DNA of 31,866 nucleotides from Planctomycetota bacterium (lineage in GTDB: Bacteria; Planctomycetota; Phycisphaerae; Phycisphaerales; UBA1924). Where the stretch lies: NCBI GenBank assembly GCA_039815345.1, contig JBCBZM010000021.1, positions 1 through 31,866 on the forward strand, written 5' to 3'. Positions 26,215 to 31,866 of this stretch are shown piece by piece. The notes below the pieces were generated by a model that worked only from the letters and a program-made list of their open reading frames with translations, was not told the DNA's origin and made no database searches. How positions within the stretch are numbered: the first letter of the stretch is position 1; each line of letters begins with the position of its first letter. A program made the translations under genes and the position numbers.

Positions 26215-27873
26215 ATGTACGGGCTCGTGATCCTGTCGCTCGGTCTGTTCCTCGGCATCGCCGTCGCCAGCGCCGCGGTGCGCGCGCCCAACCAGGCCGC
26301 CAAGCTCGCCGCGATCATTGCGGGTGTGGTGATCTTCCTGCTCGGCGCCGCGTTCAGTTCCGTCCGCTACGTCGGCGCCGACGAGGTCGGCATCGTCAAG
26401 AAGAACGCGCTCGGCCCGAGCCTGACCGGCGGCCGCATCATCGCGACCGAGGGCGAGATGGGCATCCAGGCCGACGTCCTCAGCCCCGGCTGGCACTTCG
26501 GCCTCTGGCCGGTTATCTACGACGTCTCGACCGAGAGCCTGATCGACATCACAGGCGATCAGGTCGGCCTCGTCGAAGCGCTCGACGGGGAGGCCCTGGA
26601 CGCAGGCCAGCTCTTTGCGCCGGAAGTCCCCGAAGCCGAGTTCAAAAAAATGGTCGAAGACGCTTCGTACTTCTTCGCCAACGGCGGGCGAAAGGGGCCC
26701 CAGTCCAACGTCCTTACGCCCGGCAAGTACCGCATCAACTCCTCGCTCTTCCGCATCACCATGGTCGATCAGACCGACGTACCCAGCGCCACCGTTGCGG
26801 TGCTCAAGGCCAACTTCGGCGACGACCCCTCCGTCGTCAGCAACGCGATGGAAGGCGACGAGCCCGTCGTGCTCGCCGGCGAAGGCCAGAAGGGCGTCCG
26901 CGAGGAATACCTCGACCCGGGCAAGTTCCCCGTGAACACCCGCGCCTTCGAGGTCTACATCGTCTCCACTAAAGAAACCATCCTCCGCTTCACAAGCGGG
27001 CAGCGCGGCTATATCCAACAGAGCGGCGCCGCACGCGCCAACCCCGACGCGCCCATCAGCGAAGAAAGCGAGATCACCGTCCGAACCAGCGACGGCTTCA
27101 CCTTCCCCGTTGATGTCCGTGTCGAGTACCGCATCGAACCCAAGAACGCGCCCGTCGTCGTCGCCAAGCTCGGCTCCGACGGCACACCACTGCTCAACAA
27201 AATGAACTCCACCGTCCGAGCCATCTTCCGCAACAACGCCGAAAGCGTGAAGGCGCTCGACTACGTCAACCAGCGCTCGCAGCAGGAACGCCAGTCCCTC
27301 GTCATGCTCAAAGATGAGATGTCTGAAGTCGGCGTCACCGTCCTCGCGGTGCGCATCGGCGACGTGGGCGACGAAGAAACCCTGGGCAACCTGCTCGCCA
27401 CGCAGCGCGACCGCGAAATCGCGCTCCAGCAGCAGGAAACCTTCCGAGAGCAGCAGCGCGCCGCCGAGCAGGAAAAAGAACTCACCCGCACCCAGCAGGA
27501 AGCCGTGGAAGAGAAGCGCCTCGCCACGGCCAAGTACCAGGTGCAGATCTCCGAACAGGAAAAAGAGCAGCGCCTCATCGCCGCCAGCGCCGAAGCCGAG
27601 GCCATCCGAATCCAGGCCGAAGCCCAGGCCGAGGCCTACCGCGTCATCGCCGAGCAGATCGGCCCGGGTAACGCCGCGCTCGTCGAGGTCCTCAGGGTCG
27701 TCGGCGACAACGGCATCCAGATCACGCCCCGCGTGATGGTCACGGGCGACAACGCGGGCAACGGCGACGCCGAGACCACCGCCCTCATCGGCACCATGCT
27801 CGACACCATGATGAACCGGGCGCCGCTCCCCACCAGCAACGCCTCGCCGCAAGTCACCAACCGCGAGAACTGA
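26215..27873 (+). CDS. flotillin-like SPFH/band-7 membrane protein
   Basis: 552 aa. N-terminal hydrophobic hairpin (MYGLVILSLGLFLGIAVA ... AAIIAGVVIFLLGAAF), SPFH core, then a long coiled-coil with EA repeats (AEAEAIRIQAEAQAEA) characteristic of flotillins. GAAAGGA SD upstream. Confidence 0.85.
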   Translation: MYGLVILSLGLFLGIAVASAAVRAPNQAAKLAAIIAGVVIFLLGAAFSSVRYVGADEVGIVKKNALGPSLTGGRIIATEGEMGIQADVLSPGWHFGLWPVIYDVSTESLIDITGDQVGLVEALDGEALDAGQLFAPEVPEAEFKKMVEDASYFFANGGRKGPQSNVLTPGKYRINSSLFRITMVDQTDVPSATVAVLKANFGDDPSVVSNAMEGDEPVVLAGEGQKGVREEYLDPGKFPVNTRAFEVYIVSTKETILRFTSGQRGYIQQSGAARANPDAPISEESEITVRTSDGFTFPVDVRVEYRIEPKNAPVVVAKLGSDGTPLLNKMNSTVRAIFRNNAESVKALDYVNQRSQQERQSLVMLKDEMSEVGVTVLAVRIGDVGDEETLGNLLATQRDREIALQQQETFREQQRAAEQEKELTRTQQEAVEEKRLATAKYQVQISEQEKEQRLIAASAEAEAIRIQAEAQAEAYRVIAEQIGPGNAALVEVLRVVGDNGIQITPRVMVTGDNAGNGDAETTALIGTMLDTMMNRAPLPTSNASPQVTNREN

Positions 27874-27903
27874 GTCTGCCAACCCGCCGACCTACCCTCA
27901 CCC

Positions 27904-29142
27904 ATGCGTGTCTCGGCCGACATCCACCTGCCCCCCCACGCCTCGCCCGCCGGCGATGATCCCCTCGGTCTCACCGCGGGCGAGCTTGTCGCGCGCCGGG
28001 TCCGAGAGGGCGCGGGGCCCGGCCAGGCCCTCACCGCCTACCGCCGACTCTTCCGCGAAGGCGTCACCGACCACTCGCTCGCCACGACCCGCACGGCGCC
28101 CATCGTCCGCGTGCTCCGCTCCGAAAGCCCCGAGGGCGAGGTCTACAAGTTCGTCCAACGCCTCGACCCGCCGAGCCGCGGCCCGCTGGCGCGCGATGAA
28201 CGCGTGGAACACCTCGACATCGAATCCGTCGTCATCCCCATGGTCGGCCGACGCGGCTACCGCACCCACACCCTCTGCGTCTCCAGCCAGGTCGGCTGCG
28301 CGATGGGATGCGACTTCTGCGAGACCGCGCAGATGGGCCTCGTCCGTTCGCTCACCGCGGCCGAGATCGTCGGCCAGTGGCACGCCGCCACGCACGCGCT
28401 CAACAGCCACCCCGATGTGAACGCCGACCCTTCCGATCGGGAAGCGCGACGGATCACCAACATCGTCTTCATGGGCATGGGTGAGCCCATGGACAACGCG
28501 GCCGAGGTCATCCGCGCCATCGCCGTCCTCACCGATCACAACGGCGCCGGGCTCGCCGCGAGCAAGATCACTGTCTCCACCGTCGGCCGGATCGACGGCC
28601 TGGAGAAACTCGCCGACGTCGCCAACACCTCCAACTGGCGCCGACTCGGTCTGGCCGTCAGCCTCAACGCACCCAACGACACCGTCCGTTCGTCCATCAT
28701 GCCGATCAACAAGGGCATGCCCATGGCCGACCTGCGCGAGGCCCTCGCCCGCTTCCCGCGGCTCGCCCAGAGCAAGCTCTGCGTCGAGTACGTCCTGATC
28801 CCGGGCGTCAACGATCAGCCGGACCACGCCGCCGAACTCGCTGAGTACCTCCGGCCTTTGGGCGCCCTCATCGACCCAACCCGAGGCGCCCCGCCCTCGG
28901 CCGTGGTCAACGTTATCCCCTACAACCCGCGCCGAGACTCCCCTTGGCCCGCGCCCGCCGAAGAGCGCGTCGCCGACTTCATCGCCGAACTCGCCGATCA
29001 GGGCCTGTTCGTCAAACGCCGCCGCACCAAAGGCCGGGACACCATGGCCGCCTGCGGCCAACTCGGCGCCGCCAGCATCCGCAAACGCAAGTACGTCGGC
29101 GTCACGCTCGCCGGCGAAACCGCCGACCCCGATCCCCGCTAG
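27904..29142 (+). CDS. rlmN: radical-SAM 23S rRNA/tRNA adenine-C2 methyltransferase (RlmN/Cfr family)
   Basis: CVSSQVGCAMGCDFCETA (CxxxCxxC cluster), FMGMGEP, ITVSTVG, AVSLNAPND and VNVIPYNP with a C-terminal ACGQL, all RlmN signature blocks. Confidence 0.85.
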   Translation: MRVSADIHLPPHASPAGDDPLGLTAGELVARRVREGAGPGQALTAYRRLFREGVTDHSLATTRTAPIVRVLRSESPEGEVYKFVQRLDPPSRGPLARDERVEHLDIESVVIPMVGRRGYRTHTLCVSSQVGCAMGCDFCETAQMGLVRSLTAAEIVGQWHAATHALNSHPDVNADPSDREARRITNIVFMGMGEPMDNAAEVIRAIAVLTDHNGAGLAASKITVSTVGRIDGLEKLADVANTSNWRRLGLAVSLNAPNDTVRSSIMPINKGMPMADLREALARFPRLAQSKLCVEYVLIPGVNDQPDHAAELAEYLRPLGALIDPTRGAPPSAVVNVIPYNPRRDSPWPAPAEERVADFIAELADQGLFVKRRRTKGRDTMAACGQLGAASIRKRKYVGVTLAGETADPDPR

Positions 29143-29170
29143 CGCCAACACACGCTAACGTCACCGCATC

Positions 29171-31675
29171 ATGCGACGACGGCGGCGATGGCTCTCGAAG
29201 TGGTGGTGGGCGTTCTATCTCGCGCTGCTTGTCGTGTCGCATTGGGTCCAGGGGTCATTCGACAGTCAAGCGGATCCGCCCGATCCGAGCGCGTTCGACC
29301 GAAGTGTGGTCAAGATCGACGTCCCCACTTCGACCGGCCCGGCGCCCATCGACTTTGCCTACATCGAACACGCGCCGACGCCTTCCGACCCATCACGCCC
29401 CGCCGTCGTCCTACTCCACGGCTCACCCGGCAACGCACGAAGCCTCTCCGACATGGGCGAACTGCTCGCCCGGCCCACTGACAACCAACTCGACGCCCAC
29501 CCCGGCTTTCGAACCCTCGCCGCCGATCTGCCCGGCTTCGGCGTCTCCACCGGTTACATCCCCGACTACTCCATCTCGTTCCACGCCGACAGCGTCATCG
29601 CGTGGCTCGACGCCGTCGACGTCGAGCGTGCGCACCTCGTCGGCTTCAGCCTCGGCGGCGGCGTCATCCTCCACGTCGCCGAGCGACGCCCCGACCTCGT
29701 CGCCTCCCTCACACTCCTCGCAGCCGTCGGCGCCGAAGAAACCGAAGGCTCCGGCCGACACTGGTTCGAACAACTCAAATACGCCATCGGCTACGGCGCC
29801 CTCGTCGTCGCACCCGAAGCCATCCCCCACTTCGGCCTGCTCGGCCCGCGCCAACCGCGCCACGCGTTCCTGCGCAACTTCTTCGACACCGACCAACGCC
29901 CGCTGCGCGCACTGCTCGAATCCAACGAACACCCGATGCTCATCCTCCACGGCCGAAACGACCCGCTCATAGCGCCCTGGGTCGCCGAGTTCCACCACGA
30001 GATCACGCCGAACAGCCGGCTGCTGATGCTCGATGACGACCACTTCATGCCCTTCCGGCGCCCCGAACGCACCACCGCCGCCCTGCGCCCGTTTCTTGAA
30101 TCCCACGACAACCCGGACGCGCCCGTGCGCACAGACGCGGCGTACGAAGTCGAACCCAGCGTCCACCCCTTCGGCCCGTTCGGCGCCAACATCGAACGCC
30201 GCGTGCGCCTGGCGCCGCCCGGCCTTGCCATCGCGCTCATCGCCATCGCGTCACTGCTGGCGCCGCGTCTCACACTTGTCCTCGCCGGCCTGCTGATCCC
30301 GGGCGCCTATCTCGACATCGGCGTCGTCCTTGTCGGCGCGCTCATCGGCCGAGCCGTGCGCTCGCGGCTGCGCCGACCGTTTGCGACCTTCTTCCGCACG
30401 CTCGGCGCCCTCATCGTCGTCGCCTTCATCCTCGGCCCCACTGCGTTTGCAGTCGTCCGCGCCCTCGACCCGCCGCTCTCGTCGATCGCCGTGCTGCTCG
30501 CGCCCGTCATCGCCTATGCAATCCTCGCCCTCGTGCCGCGAGGCTTCACGCGCCGCGGCCGTCAACGCCTGCACGCCTCCTTCCGCAAGCGCGTCCATCA
30601 CGAGTTCTGGCCCGCGTGGCTGCTCTACCTCCCGCTGGCGCCGTACGTGCTCTGGCTCTCTGTCCGTCACCGCAACCCGCTCGTCTTTACCGCCGCCAAC
30701 CCGGGCGTCCCCGCGGGCGGCGGGCTGGTCGGCGAGAGCAAGCACGAAATCCTCGCCGGCTTGGCAACGACCGACGCCGGGCGCACGGCCGTGCTGCAAT
30801 ACGTCTTTATCGAAGCCGGCCCGCCCGAAGCCCGCGCCGCCCGAGCCGTGCGCGCCGTCGAGACGGACCCCGACCTCGGCGGCTGGCCGGTCATCTGCAA
30901 GCCCGATCTCGGCTGGCGCGGCGCCTCGGTACGGCTCTGCCGAAACGCGGACGACATCCGCCGATACTTCGACGCCGTCGATCGCCCCTCCATCGTGCAG
31001 CGCTATCACCCCGGCCCGGAAGAAGCCGGGCTGTTCTGGATCCGCGACCCAGCCACCATCGCCGAACCCGCGCGCACGCCGGCCGGATCCATCTACGCCG
31101 TCACACGCAAGCACTTCCCGACCATCACAGGCGACGGCGTGCGCACGCTGGAGCAACTCGTCATGGACAGCCCGCGCCTCCGCCTTCAGGAACGCGCCTT
31201 CCGAGCACGCCACGCGGAACACTGGCGCGACGTGGTTCCTGACGGCGAAACACGCCGACTCGTCCAAGCCGGCAACCACTACCAGGGCTGCCGATTCACC
31301 GACGGCGCCGACCTCGTCACACCCGAGCTCGAAGCGGTCATCGACACCATCGCCCGCGGCTACCGCGGGCCCACCGGCGCCCATCTCGACTTCGGCCGAT
31401 TCGATGTGCGCTACGACAACGACGAGTCCCTACGCCGAGGCGAAGCCTTCGGCATCGTCGAACTCAACGGCTCGACCAGCGAAGCGACCAACATCTACGA
31501 CCCCGAACGCTCCACGCCCTGGGCGTACCGCGTGCTGTTCGGCCAATGGAAACGCCTGTACGCCCTCGGCGCCGCCCGTCGCGCCGCGGGCGCACGGCCC
31601 ATGCGCTCGTGGGAACTCATCGCCCTGCTGTGGCACTACTGGCGCAAGCCCCGCACACCACCCGAAGCCGATTGA
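29171..31675 (+). CDS. tripartite fusion protein: N-terminal alpha/beta-hydrolase domain, about 4-helix transmembrane segment, and a C-terminal putative ATP-grasp-like ligase domain
   Basis: 834 aa. Residues about 60-300 carry VVLLHGSPGN ... GFSLGGGV (GxSxG nucleophile elbow) and a later HGRNDP / DDDHF acid/His region. Residues about 345-460 (nt about 30211-30540) have about 4 hydrophobic helices. The C-terminal about 370 aa contains WPVICKPDLGWRGASV (like the ATP-grasp hhhKPxxGxxGxGV phosphate-binding loop) and GIVELNGSTSE (like the ATP-grasp E.N Mg-binding motif). The domain call for the last part is from motif resemblance only. Confidence 0.8.
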   Translation: MRRRRRWLSKWWWAFYLALLVVSHWVQGSFDSQADPPDPSAFDRSVVKIDVPTSTGPAPIDFAYIEHAPTPSDPSRPAVVLLHGSPGNARSLSDMGELLARPTDNQLDAHPGFRTLAADLPGFGVSTGYIPDYSISFHADSVIAWLDAVDVERAHLVGFSLGGGVILHVAERRPDLVASLTLLAAVGAEETEGSGRHWFEQLKYAIGYGALVVAPEAIPHFGLLGPRQPRHAFLRNFFDTDQRPLRALLESNEHPMLILHGRNDPLIAPWVAEFHHEITPNSRLLMLDDDHFMPFRRPERTTAALRPFLESHDNPDAPVRTDAAYEVEPSVHPFGPFGANIERRVRLAPPGLAIALIAIASLLAPRLTLVLAGLLIPGAYLDIGVVLVGALIGRAVRSRLRRPFATFFRTLGALIVVAFILGPTAFAVVRALDPPLSSIAVLLAPVIAYAILALVPRGFTRRGRQRLHASFRKRVHHEFWPAWLLYLPLAPYVLWLSVRHRNPLVFTAANPGVPAGGGLVGESKHEILAGLATTDAGRTAVLQYVFIEAGPPEARAARAVRAVETDPDLGGWPVICKPDLGWRGASVRLCRNADDIRRYFDAVDRPSIVQRYHPGPEEAGLFWIRDPATIAEPARTPAGSIYAVTRKHFPTITGDGVRTLEQLVMDSPRLRLQERAFRARHAEHWRDVVPDGETRRLVQAGNHYQGCRFTDGADLVTPELEAVIDTIARGYRGPTGAHLDFGRFDVRYDNDESLRRGEAFGIVELNGSTSEATNIYDPERSTPWAYRVLFGQWKRLYALGAARRAAGARPMRSWELIALLWHYWRKPRTPPEAD

Positions 31676-31710
31676 TCGTCAAGCTTCCGGCTCACGCTCC
31701 CCATCCTGCT

Positions 31711-31733
31711 CCCTCTCCCATTGGGGGAGAGGG
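31711..31733 (+). terminator. GC-rich hairpin downstream of the fusion gene (possible terminator; no U-tract)
   Basis: CCCTCTCCC (31711-31719), loop ATTGG, GGGAGAGGG (31725-31733). A second hairpin GAGGGG-tctc-CCCCTC lies at 31741-31756. The GGAGAGGG arm can alternatively pair with CCCTCTCC at 31752-31759. Confidence 0.3.
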
Positions 31734-31789
31734 CTGGGGTGAGGGGTCTCCCCCTCTCCGTTGCTACGCAATCTCTAACGCCCGCTCCG

Positions 31790-31847
<58 letters not shown>

Positions 31848-31866
31848 ACCACAACACCCACCCCAC

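Noticed and set aside
26116-27882. 588-aa minus-strand ORF; also 27898..29151 minus and 30251..31384 minus ORFs
   Set aside because: Antisense shadows of the flotillin, rlmN and fusion genes. Gly/Asp/Ala-rich low-complexity translations with no motifs.

Overview
This 31.9 kb window is very GC-rich (roughly 68-70% by eye) and reads as ordinary bacterial chromosome; I found no rRNA, tRNA, CRISPR, integrase or transposase. I can support 28 protein-coding genes, plus several hairpins and repeats.

Housekeeping genes:
- glnS, gltX and asnS (three aminoacyl-tRNA synthetases)
- lysA and rsmE
- rlmN, which sits in the 3' array below
- ogt, an Old-Yellow-Enzyme flavin reductase, an M32 carboxypeptidase, a class-V aminotransferase and an EF-G2 paralog

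Less ordinary content:
- a minus-strand operon of PfkB kinase, SAM methyltransferase, GATase1 and a partial unknown gene
- two tandem SnoaL/NTF2-like paralogs
- secreted DM13, pseudopilin and prenyltransferase-repeat proteins
- a membrane-anchored ankyrin protein
- two small lower-GC islets, each carrying one orphan gene with atypical codon usage
- a 541-aa acidic/lysine-rich disordered protein with a C-terminal membrane anchor

The strongest candidate for an undescribed system is the 3' co-directional array at 26215..31675. It runs flotillin-like SPFH protein, then RlmN, then an 834-aa fusion protein. The fusion has an N-terminal alpha/beta-hydrolase domain, about four transmembrane helices and a C-terminal domain with ATP-grasp-like motifs. 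Its stop is followed by G/C hairpins with alternative pairings and an (AG)23 microsatellite at the window edge.

Most long ORFs in the six-frame track are antisense or out-of-frame shadows of real genes, as expected at this GC content. I rejected them. Starts were refined using internal Met/GTG codons preceded by Shine-Dalgarno-like motifs.
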